From contig JAGYLS010000001.1 of the NCBI GenBank assembly GCA_018400815.1, positions 5,978-69,977 on the forward strand: DNA of 64,000 nucleotides, written 5' to 3'. Shown piece after piece: positions 48,601 to 58,530 of this stretch. Position 1 is the first letter of the stretch. Each line of letters begins with the position of its first letter. The position numbers were made by a program, and so were the translations under genes. Below the pieces are notes generated by a model, which searched no databases, was not told the origin of the DNA, and was given only the letters and a program-made list of their open reading frames with translations. The stretch is from Candidatus Oleincola secundus (GTDB taxonomy: Bacteria; Atribacterota; Phoenicimicrobiia; Phoenicimicrobiales; Stramentimicrobiaceae).

Positions 48601-48825
48601 ATGAATACATTAAAATGGACAAAAGAAAAACCAAAGATAGAAGATATTGGAGAAAATCTTCTATTAATTGCAGATGATTATGGTAATTATTATAATTACA
48701 AATTATTTATAATCAGTAAAATGGATGGTGATTTGTACCTTTGTGATCATTTTGGGGAATTATGGGGAGATTATGAAGAGGATTTAAACGCAGATATGTA
48801 TGCAGTGATAGAAAAAATAAAATAA
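48601..48825 (+). CDS. Small hypothetical protein, 74 aa.
   Basis: ORF. Confidence 0.4.
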   Translation: MNTLKWTKEKPKIEDIGENLLLIADDYGNYYNYKLFIISKMDGDLYLCDHFGELWGDYEEDLNADMYAVIEKIK

Positions 48826-48830
48826 TTATT

Positions 48831-49085
48831 ATGGAACTAAAAACACCAGAAGAAATAACACAGTACGTATTAGACGGAATGATGGGAATAGGAGGCTGCC
48901 CAAATAATGAAGAATTTTACGCAGAATTTAATGATAGACTAAAGAGGGCATTAAGTATAGCTGCTGTAGAGCAAAGCGAACAATTGTTTTGCCCTTATTG
49001 TGGTAATAAAAAAGATTATATAGTATCAACAGATATTAATAGTGGAACTGTTTGTAAAAATAGATTATGCAAGGTAAATAATTAA
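48831..49085 (+). CDS. Small zinc-ribbon-containing protein, 84 aa.
   Basis: CPYCGN ... CKNRLC forms a four-Cys cluster. Confidence 0.4.
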   Translation: MELKTPEEITQYVLDGMMGIGGCPNNEEFYAEFNDRLKRALSIAAVEQSEQLFCPYCGNKKDYIVSTDINSGTVCKNRLCKVNN

Positions 49086-49387
49086 AAATATTTAAAATTA
49101 TGGATAAATTTACCAAAATGATGTTTGAGCTTGGAGTAGCAGAGTCAAGCACAAAAGCAGAAAACGTTAGAAAAATAGCTGTTAAAGAAGCTGAAAAAGC
49201 TACAAATGACCTAATCAGGGAGTGCATAATAGAATATCACAACTTTTTTGTGTAAACATTCACCAGAAACTAAATCAACAAGAGAGTTGGGTGGAGAATT
49301 TTTAAAAACATTGGGAATAGACCCTGTAAAATGGATAGGTAGAGAATTTCATGAGGCTTTTAAAAAAGAATACGAAAAATTGACAAA

Positions 49388-49909
49388 ATGACAAAAGAAC
49401 AAAAAATAGAAGAACTTCAGGATAAACTTGATGCACTTCAAGATGAACAAATTGAAATTGTTAGGAATCGGGGGGTTGGTTCACAACAAGAAATATCTAA
49501 TAAATTATCTCAAAACATTGTAGAAGCTCAATTAGTAGCTTTAAGATGGGAATTTAATGATGATAAATCATTAAAACCAGCTTTAAAATTAGCAGGTAAA
49601 TTGGCTCTTGCTGCAAGATTAGTAGGTAAATTGGCTCTTGCTGCAAGATTAGTAGTAGAGTCTAATGCTATTGATGTAAGTTATAAAATATTACAAATGC
49701 AAATTGCATTGGACAATTATGATGATAAATTAATTAGAATGACCGATAAAAATAATAACTCATCATTACCAGAATTAGATTTTATTTTAAATGATTGTCT
49801 TAATAAAGCTCTATGCGGAGAAAATAGGATTAAAGGTATTCCTGACAGTAATAAAATTGCAAAATTTGTATCTGAATATTTAGGTTTTAATAATTATGAA
49901 AAAAGCTGA
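49388..49909 (+). CDS. Hypothetical protein, 173 aa, containing a perfect in-frame 30-bp tandem duplication.
   Basis: ORF. GKLALAARLV x2 is encoded by 49595-49654. Confidence 0.45.
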   Translation: MTKEQKIEELQDKLDALQDEQIEIVRNRGVGSQQEISNKLSQNIVEAQLVALRWEFNDDKSLKPALKLAGKLALAARLVGKLALAARLVVESNAIDVSYKILQMQIALDNYDDKLIRMTDKNNNSSLPELDFILNDCLNKALCGENRIKGIPDSNKIAKFVSEYLGFNNYEKS

Positions 49910-50198
49910 AGAATATTTAAAGGAATTTTCAAAAGAAAGAGGATCTTTAACACTTGGAAATTATACCTGTATTGGTGTAAAATATGAGGATGCTTATTAT
50001 GCTATTCAACAAGCACTGATTGATGCTATTGATACTGCTGTTGAGATGTGTGCTGATGATGTCTATATGTTATATCACGATGGACATTTCAAAAAAGATA
50101 CTCCTATGAATCATGTTCAAGTTGGGAGCGACAATGTTCAGATTAATAAACAATCTATCTTACAAGTAGCAGATAAACTTAAAGATAAAATTTTATAA
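49896..50198 (+). CDS. Hypothetical protein, 100 aa.
   Basis: ORF. Confidence 0.45.
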   Translation: MKKAEEYLKEFSKERGSLTLGNYTCIGVKYEDAYYAIQQALIDAIDTAVEMCADDVYMLYHDGHFKKDTPMNHVQVGSDNVQINKQSILQVADKLKDKIL

Positions 50199-50215
50199 AA
50201 CAAAAATAAATAACT

Positions 50216-51115
50216 ATGAAAATAATTTATAATTGTGATCAAGAAGTTAAAATGGGTGATTACATTATCTATAAAGCTATTAAAACAAGGGTTACTCGAG
50301 AACTGATTGATGACAATCCTCATTTATTTGAAGTCAAAGATGATAAACAAGAGTTACTTGAAGAAGTTAAAAAGAAGTTTCCAGTAGGAACTAAGTTTAG
50401 GAATATGGGTAATGGAGTTACTCAAACGGTAATTGGTGAGCCATATTACCATAGTATAGTTAATTACATACATGTACTTGCTCCTAAACATGAATGGTCT
50501 CCTTATGGAAATTCCAATCCTACTGTTTACGAAGATGGCAGATGGGCTAAAAGATATTTGTTTACATCTGAAGATGGAGTAGATATTTTTGAAGGGGATT
50601 ATTATTGGCTTATTGATTCTATTACAAGTCCATGCAGGAAGAAAAAGGATAGTGTAGAAGCTTGGAAGCCTAATGAAGGAGATGGACTTAAAAGGTTTTC
50701 ATCTGAAGAAACTGCTGAAAAGTATCTTAAATCTTTAAAAGAAAAGACTTTAGAAGATTATGAGAATATACTTTTGAATAATAAATGTTCTGCAACAGTG
50801 TGGTATTTAGATAATGATATTTCTAAACCTTTAATATTGTTGAGTAAAGGAAAATTTTATGAAACACTAAGAAATAATGAACCAAAACTTTATTGGACTA
50901 AAGTTCTTAAATTAATTGCTGATGATTTAAATGATGGTTGGAAGTCTGATTGGAATTATCCGGGAAACAAAAGCTATTTTATAAAAAAAGATGATTATTA
51001 TTATACAGACTGGAGTTCAACTGATCAATATGGGAATGTAAGTTTCAAATCAAAAGAATTAGCTGATAAAGCTATTAAAATAATGGGTGATAAATTAGAT
51101 TTTATTTTTAGTTAA
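50216..51115 (+). CDS. Hypothetical protein, 299 aa.
   Basis: ORF. Confidence 0.5.
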   Translation: MKIIYNCDQEVKMGDYIIYKAIKTRVTRELIDDNPHLFEVKDDKQELLEEVKKKFPVGTKFRNMGNGVTQTVIGEPYYHSIVNYIHVLAPKHEWSPYGNSNPTVYEDGRWAKRYLFTSEDGVDIFEGDYYWLIDSITSPCRKKKDSVEAWKPNEGDGLKRFSSEETAEKYLKSLKEKTLEDYENILLNNKCSATVWYLDNDISKPLILLSKGKFYETLRNNEPKLYWTKVLKLIADDLNDGWKSDWNYPGNKSYFIKKDDYYYTDWSSTDQYGNVSFKSKELADKAIKIMGDKLDFIFS

Positions 51116-51152
51116 GTTATTAATGTTTGCTAATACTTAATAGAACTATATT

Positions 51153-51371
51153 ATGGTAATTATAGAAAACTTAAAACCAGGAGATAGTGTTCATTATATG
51201 CCAGATCATTATAAAACAATAGACCACTTTGAAAATGGTGTAGTTAAAAAAATAGCACCAAATGGAAATGTGTTTGTGGTTTATAATTGTAATGGTGAAT
51301 GGCATAGATATAAAGAATACACAGCAGCTAGTACAAAACCAGAAGATTTATATATGGGATGGAAACAGTAA
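51153..51371 (+). CDS. Small hypothetical protein, 72 aa.
   Basis: ORF. Confidence 0.4.
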   Translation: MVIIENLKPGDSVHYMPDHYKTIDHFENGVVKKIAPNGNVFVVYNCNGEWHRYKEYTAASTKPEDLYMGWKQ

Positions 51372-51473
51372 GACTTTAAATGTTATAAATATTGAGTAAA
51401 CTGAACATCACATAATACATTATTTTCTGAAGATACCTCCGGGCAGGTTTAGTAACCATTTAAAATATTAAAT

Positions 51474-51662
51474 ATGATTGTTAGTAATTTTGTAAAAGAT
51501 GAAGTTTCCGATAACTTAATTGAGTTATTTAGAAAAGAAATGGAAAAGTGGGATAGTTTATTAATAGGATTATCTTTTAATCATTATCCTACTTATGATA
51601 AAGATGTACTTGAAACAATGTTGCAATATGCAATAGAAAAAGAAAATGGATATGATATTTAA
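51474..51662 (+). CDS. Small hypothetical protein, 62 aa.
   Basis: ORF. It lies 20 nt downstream of copy B of the GC-rich inverted element. Confidence 0.4.
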   Translation: MIVSNFVKDEVSDNLIELFRKEMEKWDSLLIGLSFNHYPTYDKDVLETMLQYAIEKENGYDI

Positions 51663-51972
51663 TTTAAATGAATATTTAATCAAAGTAGATAATTTAACTA
51701 TATCTGAAACAGTAAATGAAATAAAGAAACATTTATTATACATAGGACTTAATCAAATAGATAATATTACATTTACTAGTGTTGATTATATACTTCATGT
51801 ATTAGATACAGATGATATTTACATTTACACTAATACAACAACTACAGATTTAGTTAGAGCCTATGATGCAAAACATTTTTTAAGTAGTTTATTATTTTAT
51901 GAATGGAATAATAAATTAAATTTAAAACGATGTAAGGATAATTTAGTATTATTATTTCATAGATACAAATAA
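51646..51972 (+). CDS. Hypothetical protein, 108 aa.
   Basis: ORF. Confidence 0.4.
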   Translation: MDMIFNLNEYLIKVDNLTISETVNEIKKHLLYIGLNQIDNITFTSVDYILHVLDTDDIYIYTNTTTTDLVRAYDAKHFLSSLLFYEWNNKLNLKRCKDNLVLLFHRYK

Positions 51973-51985
51973 AATAGAAATAGTC

Positions 51986-52372
51986 ATGGATTTAAAAAGT
52001 AAGCTAATACAAAACAACCCTAAGAATAAAACTAAAACTGATTCTAAATCTACAAAAGTCAGAACAGGTGAAGTATCAGCTAAGAGTTACAATTTAACTT
52101 TAGTAGATGTTGAATATGATGATGATTTTTACTGTATTATTGATAATAAAAAATATCCCTTGTTGTGGGATTCCAATAATACAGGAATAATGTATTTATA
52201 TTCATTGCCTACTAATGAAGTACATCCAGCTTGGACTTGTGTTGAAGCAGATATTAGATATGAAAATTTAGATATAGTTTTTACTGCCTGGTCTCCTATT
52301 AAACCAAAAAGTAAAGTATTTGTTTTAATTCACAAAGATAAAGCAATAGTAAGTAAAATAAAAAAACATTAG
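51986..52372 (+). CDS. Hypothetical protein, 128 aa.
   Basis: ORF. Confidence 0.45.
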   Translation: MDLKSKLIQNNPKNKTKTDSKSTKVRTGEVSAKSYNLTLVDVEYDDDFYCIIDNKKYPLLWDSNNTGIMYLYSLPTNEVHPAWTCVEADIRYENLDIVFTAWSPIKPKSKVFVLIHKDKAIVSKIKKH

Positions 52373-52375
52373 ATT

Positions 52376-53068
52376 ATGGATAAGAAAATAACTTGGAAAG
52401 GATATGAATGGTTACTTCAAGAAGCATGGGGAAATATTCATCCTGAATTTACTTACAAGTGGTATGATCCATCTTGTGTGATAGTAGATAATGATAGTTT
52501 AAAATTATTAACTAAGTATAATCCTAAGAAATTTGAAATTAATGGAATTAACATTATATCTGAGACAGGAATAGGATTAATAAGTTGTCAATATCCTTTT
52601 CATTTCGGAATTTATGACATTGAGGCTAAATTACCAGAAGGTTCAAATCTTTGGCCTGCAATATGGCTTTGGGATAAGAATAAGGAAATAGATATTATGG
52701 AAGCCTATTCCAATGATAAAGGATCATATTTTAGATGTGGTTGGGATTTTTGGAAATTATGGAAGATTCAAAACAATTTTCATTATAAAAACAATAATAT
52801 TAATACACACATAGGGGCTAGAAATATGTTTGTGGGATTTAATAATCCAACTAGTGGGTTTATTAAATATAGAATGGAATGGACATCAGAGTTTATTAAA
52901 ATTAGCATTAATGGCAAAGTAAGACGAATATTTAAAGGAGATACAATGAAATATTTTCAAAGATCAACTCAGTTTGTTATTAACAATGGAGTTAAAGATA
53001 CACATAAAGTAGGTTCTCCTGTTTCTATATTTGAAATTAAAGATTTTAAATATACTAAGTATGAATGA
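52376..53068 (+). CDS. Glycoside hydrolase family 16-like protein (minimal beta-glucanase / laminarinase-type catalytic domain), 230 aa, with no signal peptide.
   Basis: Catalytic motif E-I-D-I-M-E (GH16 ExDxxE) preceded by WPAIWLW (GH16 'WPAFWML'). Confidence 0.5.
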   Translation: MDKKITWKGYEWLLQEAWGNIHPEFTYKWYDPSCVIVDNDSLKLLTKYNPKKFEINGINIISETGIGLISCQYPFHFGIYDIEAKLPEGSNLWPAIWLWDKNKEIDIMEAYSNDKGSYFRCGWDFWKLWKIQNNFHYKNNNINTHIGARNMFVGFNNPTSGFIKYRMEWTSEFIKISINGKVRRIFKGDTMKYFQRSTQFVINNGVKDTHKVGSPVSIFEIKDFKYTKYE

Positions 53069-53381
53069 TCAATTTGTTAAACTACTACTTAAATATAACG
53101 ATAGAGATATAAATGATTGGTTAATTAATAATCATAATATATCACTAAAAGATTTAGTTAATCATCGTTATATATTCCAAATAGGTTTGTTGTTAGATTA
53201 TTTATTTGAATATCATCACATAAGCATTAGTTATGATGGAAATATGGTAATTATTATTTATCATAATCCAAATAAAGAAGTTTTATCTAAAGATGAAGTT
53301 TCTACTAATACTAAATCTTATATAAAACTAACATCCATAGGCATATCTAAACCTATTAAAAATAGATATTCACCTTTTTAA
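53061..53381 (+). CDS. Hypothetical protein, about 106 aa. The start was chosen at the ATG overlapping the upstream stop.
   Basis: The tracked ORF 53031..53381 overlaps the GH16 gene. The ATG at 53061 gives a compact ATGAATGA junction. Confidence 0.4.
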   Translation: MNDQFVKLLLKYNDRDINDWLINNHNISLKDLVNHRYIFQIGLLLDYLFEYHHISISYDGNMVIIIYHNPNKEVLSKDEVSTNTKSYIKLTSIGISKPIKNRYSPF

Positions 53382-53390
53382 ATTAAAAAC

Positions 53391-54683
53391 ATGGATTTAA
53401 TAAATAAATTAGATAAAGAACAAAATAAAGCAAAGATAGGATTAAGTAAATCTCAGAAAGAAGGATTAGACTATTTAGTTAAATGGTTTAATGATCCTAA
53501 TGACTTAGTATGTACTTTATATGGAGCAGCAGGTACAGGTAAAACTTATTTATTAAAAAGGTTTTTAGATAATTATGTGAAATATGGAATATCTGTAACT
53601 GCTCCTACTCATAAGGCAGTTAGTGTCATTGAAGCTTCCACTGGTCGTAAAGGTAAAACTTTTCAATCTTTACATGGACTAAGACCTAATTATAATCTTG
53701 AACAATTCAATATTGATAATTTTCAATTTGACACATTAGGGAAACCTTTGATTCAAAGTTATAGATTAGTTGTGGTTGATGAATGTTCTCAAATCTCTTA
53801 TGACTTAGATAGATTAAATAGAACTAGGGCTAAACAATTTATAGTTAAAATATTGTATGTTGGAGATATTTTACAATTACCTCCAATCACTACAAGAAAA
53901 AACCAAAGATTAAGTCCAGTTTTTAATAATCCTACTAGGTTTGAATTAATAGAGATAATTCGTCAAAAAGGAGATAATCCTTTATTAGAAGTATTAAGTC
54001 TATTAAGAGATGATGTTAAAAATGAATCATCTAAGTTTCTAACTTTACTTAAAAAGAAATCATATTCTTTAAATGAAAAAGATGAAGGTTATATTTCTTT
54101 AAATCTTAAAGATTTTAAAATTAGTTTATATAGAAGATTTAAAGATCAAAAATATAAAACTAATTCTGATTATGTTAAATATACTAGTTGGAGAAATAAG
54201 AATATTTCAAGTTGGAATAAATATCTCAGAACAGTATTGTTTAATAACCCCGCAGATGCCATAATTAAAGATGATTTGCTATTAGGATATAATACTATAA
54301 TTGATCCAGATAATTTTATGGAAAGTATTATAACTAATAGCATAAACTACACAATTACAGGTATAACTAAAAGACGATCAGATAGAGGATTTGACATTTA
54401 TGTGATAGATATAAAAAATAATAAAACCATTAAGACTATATTTGTAGTTGACCATGAATCAACCACATTCCGAACATTTTATTCTATATTATCTAATCTG
54501 CATAGAAAAGCTTTATTTGCTCAACCTTATCAAAAATCATCATATTGGACTGAATATTATTCTTTTAAGAATAAATATCTAACTATGATTGATTTTAATA
54601 TAATAGATCAGTCAGATAACATAAAACGAGGTAAAGTTAAAAAAGACTTAGATTATGGTTATGGTATGACTGTACATAAGCTT
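53391..54683 (+). CDS. Dda/RecD-like SF1 DNA helicase, exon 1 (431 codons). It ends inside helicase motif VI, where the intron interrupts.
   Basis: Walker A GAAGTGKT, Walker B VVVDECSQ, GDILQLPP motif. The ORF terminates at ...YGMTVHKL* in the middle of the canonical TVHKxQGS motif. Confidence 0.8.
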
Positions 54684-55821
54684 TAGAAATTGGGGCTTGT
54701 AAAACACTTCTAATTGACGGGAACATCCTTAGAGTTTATCATACTAAATTTATTATAGAAATATAAGTAAATGGCACATCTAATCAATGTGGTATAGTAA
54801 AAAATGATAAAATTGGACAATCCGCAGCTAAGACTCTAAGTGTAAAATAATACATATGAGTAAAGTTCAACGACTATCCCAAATGGGAGTAGGGTTATTA
54901 TTCAAATAATAGCTCGAAACGGAGTGATTATTATATATTGAATGTTCATAAGTTGTTAACAACTTTACATAAATTTGTTATGTAGTGTTATGAATTGTAG
55001 TAATTTTACAAAATAATTAATTAAAATATAAAAATTATGAAAGTTTATAATTCAACAGACAAAAGTAAAAGTAGTAAGAAGCATATTATTTATGCTTTGC
55101 TTAATCCTGTATCAGGTGAAATATTTTATATAGGGTGTACTACAAAATCTTTACAAATAAGATTAGAAAATCATTATCGTAGTTTGGCAGAAGCAATGAA
55201 TACAGATAGAAGAAAAATGTCAGAACGACATAGGTATTTAAAAAATATTTACCCTATTAGAGCTACAATAATTAAATTAGATGAAACTAATACAAATCCA
55301 TACGAGTTAGAAAAGGAATATATTGAAAAATATAAACAATTAAATCCTAATTTAACAAATGTAGCAATTGGAGGAAAAGGTGGTGATACTTTTACTAATC
55401 TTACTAATAAAGAAAAAGAAGAAAGACAACGACTTACGAAACTTGCTTTAACAGGAAGAAAAAAACCAGAGGGTTTTGCTGAAAACTTATCAATAACTAG
55501 AACAGGTTCTGGTAATCCTAGAGCAGGAGCCACTAAATATGGAAAAGTGGTTAGATTCAATGAAAAAAGTGATATTATTACGATTTATAATGCTGGTTAT
55601 GAACTTGCAGAAGAATTTGGTAAGTATTTTCATGGTAATTTAATTAGAAGTTTAAAGAACTTAACAACTTTAGAAAAATTAAATTATTATCATAGAACTA
55701 CAAATACTTATTGGAATTTTGAACATAATTTAAAATACAATCCAGTTAATCGTATTACACATCCTTTTACTAATAATAAGATATAGTCTGACTTTATATG
55801 AAAGTATAAAGATAAAAACCG
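54684..55821 (+). mobile_element. Group I self-splicing intron, about 1138 nt, carrying a homing-endonuclease ORF between the R and S elements (P8 region).
   Basis: P-like aattgacgggaacatcc (54712-28), Q aatccgcagc (54819-28), R gttcaacgactatcc (54865-79) and S aagatatagtctgac (55778-92). The exon ends in U (ctt), and the IGS gggctt (54692-97) can pair with exon aagctt. The intron ends with G55821. Confidence 0.7.
55037..55786 (+). CDS. Intron-encoded GIY-YIG homing endonuclease (I-TevI-like), with a C-terminal NUMOD-like DNA-binding region.
   Basis: HIIYALLNPVSGEIFYIGCTTKSLQIRLENH matches the GIY-(x10)-YIG ... R ... NH motif. There is a conserved Glu (LEKEYIEKY) and Asn (NPNLTNVAIGGKG). Confidence 0.8.
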   Translation: MKVYNSTDKSKSSKKHIIYALLNPVSGEIFYIGCTTKSLQIRLENHYRSLAEAMNTDRRKMSERHRYLKNIYPIRATIIKLDETNTNPYELEKEYIEKYKQLNPNLTNVAIGGKGGDTFTNLTNKEKEERQRLTKLALTGRKKPEGFAENLSITRTGSGNPRAGATKYGKVVRFNEKSDIITIYNAGYELAEEFGKYFHGNLIRSLKNLTTLEKLNYYHRTTNTYWNFEHNLKYNPVNRITHPFTNNKI

Positions 55822-55998
55822 CAAGGTTCTACAGTTGAATATATTTATGTAAACTTAATAGATATTTGTTATTCTGAAGGGGATAAAAGTAAACCAATAA
55901 CAAATAGTCCAAGAAATCCCCATGCTATTGAGTTTAGAAATAGGCTTATTTATACAGCTATAAGTAGAGCTAGTAAAAAAGCAATATTATTAATTTAA
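55822..55998 (+). CDS. Dda/RecD-like helicase exon 2 (58 codons plus stop). It completes motif VI and the C-terminal LYVAxTRA-type helix.
   Basis: The in-frame continuation QGSTVEYIYVNL...RLIYTAISRASKKAILLI* joins to exon 1 as ...TVHKL|QGST..., restoring HKxQGS. Confidence 0.7.
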   Translation, partial: QGSTVEYIYVNLIDICYSEGDKSKPITNSPRNPHAIEFRNRLIYTAISRASKKAILLI

Positions 55999-56007
55999 AA
56001 ACTTAAA

Positions 56008-56190
56008 ATGATGAATTATTTTATAATAATTGCATTAATGTTTGTTTCTATTTTTTTAGTCATAACAGCTATTCATGTTTCTGAAAATTTAAAATATCTT
56101 AAAGATGAAATCACTAAAGTCTATAAGGAATTAAAAAGATTAGAAATAGAATTAAAAAAACTAATTAAAGAAACAAATAATGAAATATGA
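56008..56190 (+). CDS. Small membrane protein, 60 aa.
   Basis: N-terminal TM IIIALMFVSIFLVITAI followed by a charged helix. Confidence 0.4.
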   Translation: MMNYFIIIALMFVSIFLVITAIHVSENLKYLKDEITKVYKELKRLEIELKKLIKETNNEI

Positions 56191-56596
56191 ATTGAAACTA
56201 AATAAACACCAATTATCAGTAATAGCTACAGCATTAGAATTTTATAGTAGATTTTTAGCTGGCCAATGGGATATTCCAAAAAAGATGCAAGATAAAGAAT
56301 ATAACTTACAAGAAAAATATAGTGGATTTTGGAATAAAAGAAATTATGTAGTAGAACAATTAAAAATATTAAAGTCTCATTTCACAGGACTTAATATTAA
56401 TGCGTCTTATGGAATAGGTACTACTAATCTACATGAAAATGCAAATACAGCTTATGACATTTATAGACCAATACTTGAATTATTTGTAGAAGAACATACA
56501 AAAAAACATTCAGGTGTAAATCATAGTGTTTATGCTTCTCCTGGTCTTTCATATAGTAAAGATGGAAGAATTAAAATTAAGAAAGTAAATAATTAA
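56180..56596 (+). CDS. Hypothetical protein, 138 aa.
   Basis: ORF. Confidence 0.45.
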   Translation: MKYELKLNKHQLSVIATALEFYSRFLAGQWDIPKKMQDKEYNLQEKYSGFWNKRNYVVEQLKILKSHFTGLNINASYGIGTTNLHENANTAYDIYRPILELFVEEHTKKHSGVNHSVYASPGLSYSKDGRIKIKKVNN

Positions 56597-56623
56597 TTAT
56601 GAAAACTAAAACCTATTAACATT

Positions 56624-57907
56624 ATGTCAGTATCAGCAATAGATAGAATACATCGTTGGTTTAATAAAGGAATTACTAAGGATTGTCAAAGTGGAAGTTA
56701 TTCATTTACACCTACTGAAATTAAATATGATAATTGGACAATAGCTTATAAAAAACGTAATAAGTATTTTATAGCTCATAAGTTTTTTAGATTTGGGTCA
56801 TTTGGTAAGGGATATTCTTCTTATGATTTAATACAAGCTGGAAAACATAGAGATTTATATTTAATAGAACATGATTATTTATTTGATTCAAAATTAAGAA
56901 TTGAATGTAAATATGCTGTTAAAGAGTATGTTAAAGAAGTACTTTTAAATAAGATAGATAACCGATTAGAATATTATATTGGTACATTAGGTAAGATAAA
57001 TAACAAAGTATTCAATAACAAAGTAACTACTTGGCATAATGTTAAAATAGATAAATTGGGATTAAATACAGATTTATATGATGAATTATATACTTTAAAA
57101 TTATATTTCCCTACTGAAAAGAAATTAATTAATAAAGTGTATAGTGAATTGTTTAAATCCAAACCTTCAGGTGCTTATTGGACTAATGAAGGTTGGGGTT
57201 CAAATCCTATTTATTATACTTGTAAAAAAATAACATATAGAGATACTTTAAAATTAGACTTTGAGAATATAGTAGTTAAAGAGTTAAGTAAAAAACACTT
57301 AGAAGAATATAAATTTAAAACTTGGAGATACAATACAAAATATCGTAATTTATTTCCTTATGATTTAAAAGAATCTAGAAGAATATACAATTTACCAGAA
57401 GCAGAAAGAGAAGAAATTTTACTTAAACTAAAACAATCCATACAAAATAAAGAAAAGTTAAAGAAGATAGAAAAGCATTTAAGAAAAGTAAATAAACTTA
57501 ATAAAGCTCTAGATTCATTCTATAATAAACAAGTAATAAGCAGTGATTTAAGATTATTAGATTATGATGTCATTGAAAAAGTTAAGAATAAAATAGTAAC
57601 TTCTCAAAGAGTTACAATTGATTATGATGAAGGTGTTAAACTTTATATCCTACTATTTCTTAAATACGCTAATGAAATAAAAAATAATCAAGAAGTAGAT
57701 TTATCAAATTTAAATTTAACTATTGATTATTATAATGTAAGAGGATTATTTAAATATCCTATAATTGATAGAAAAGTGATTGATGAGAAAGAAGTATATT
57801 CTCAAAATGATGTTTTGTGTTTAAAAATAGGTTGTCATAATATACCTGTGTTTGAAATAGAAAGATTTGTTAATAAATATGTTAAAACTGATGATGTTAA
57901 AAGATAA
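56624..57907 (+). CDS. Hypothetical replication-module protein, 427 aa.
   Basis: ORF. No AEP, primase or zinc-finger motif found. Confidence 0.5.
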   Translation: MSVSAIDRIHRWFNKGITKDCQSGSYSFTPTEIKYDNWTIAYKKRNKYFIAHKFFRFGSFGKGYSSYDLIQAGKHRDLYLIEHDYLFDSKLRIECKYAVKEYVKEVLLNKIDNRLEYYIGTLGKINNKVFNNKVTTWHNVKIDKLGLNTDLYDELYTLKLYFPTEKKLINKVYSELFKSKPSGAYWTNEGWGSNPIYYTCKKITYRDTLKLDFENIVVKELSKKHLEEYKFKTWRYNTKYRNLFPYDLKESRRIYNLPEAEREEILLKLKQSIQNKEKLKKIEKHLRKVNKLNKALDSFYNKQVISSDLRLLDYDVIEKVKNKIVTSQRVTIDYDEGVKLYILLFLKYANEIKNNQEVDLSNLNLTIDYYNVRGLFKYPIIDRKVIDEKEVYSQNDVLCLKIGCHNIPVFEIERFVNKYVKTDDVKR

Positions 57908-58262
57908 TTTTATTCAAATAGGTTTTATTTTCTTAGCTGGAATAGTAATATCAATAATAGTTATGCTAATAAGTACTGCTTATGATAAACCAGCCACTAA
58001 TGAAAATATGAAATTGTTAGATGTAACTCAATTATATAAAGTAGATAGTATTTATTTTGAATACATAGATGTATGTTATAATATAACAAAGATAGAAAGA
58101 AAAATAACAAATTCAGCTGCAATTTCTATGCTTCATATGGATAAAAAAGAATATGATTCTTTGATTAAACTTAGAAATAATATTTATTTTGTTTATAAAA
58201 ATGAATATAATAAATTAAATCCTAAGTTTAAAGATCATTTTTATTTACCTAAACCTTATTGA
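57867..58262 (+). CDS. Membrane protein, 131 aa.
   Basis: N-terminal TM GFIFLAGIVISIIVMLI. Confidence 0.4.
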   Translation: MLINMLKLMMLKDNFIQIGFIFLAGIVISIIVMLISTAYDKPATNENMKLLDVTQLYKVDSIYFEYIDVCYNITKIERKITNSAAISMLHMDKKEYDSLIKLRNNIYFVYKNEYNKLNPKFKDHFYLPKPY

Positions 58263-58263
58263 T

Positions 58264-58530
58264 ATGGATGAATTAATAGTTAATAATAAAATAAATCAAC
58301 GTACTAATATAAATTGGACACCTTATTTAGCCACTGCTTATGCTGAAGGATTTTGTGAAGGTGAAGCTGCAACAGCAGAAGAAGAGTTAGAGGCTTGGGC
58401 TTATTTGATCTCTACTAAAGTAGCCTATTCTTTACAAGGATGGTTTGGTAGAGTTGCTAATAAATTAATTGAAAACGGCCTTATAAATACAGATGGTTCT
58501 ATTAATTGGAATCAATATGATAGTCAATAA
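58264..58530 (+). CDS. Hypothetical protein, 88 aa.
   Basis: ORF. Confidence 0.4.
   Translation: MDELIVNNKINQRTNINWTPYLATAYAEGFCEGEAATAEEELEAWAYLISTKVAYSLQGWFGRVANKLIENGLINTDGSINWNQYDSQ

Noticed and set aside
56624-57907. Archaeo-eukaryotic primase (AEP) assignment for the 427-aa replication-module protein.
   Set aside because: Partial DxD-like and Gly-rich segments occur in the wrong order and lack the conserved His of motif II.
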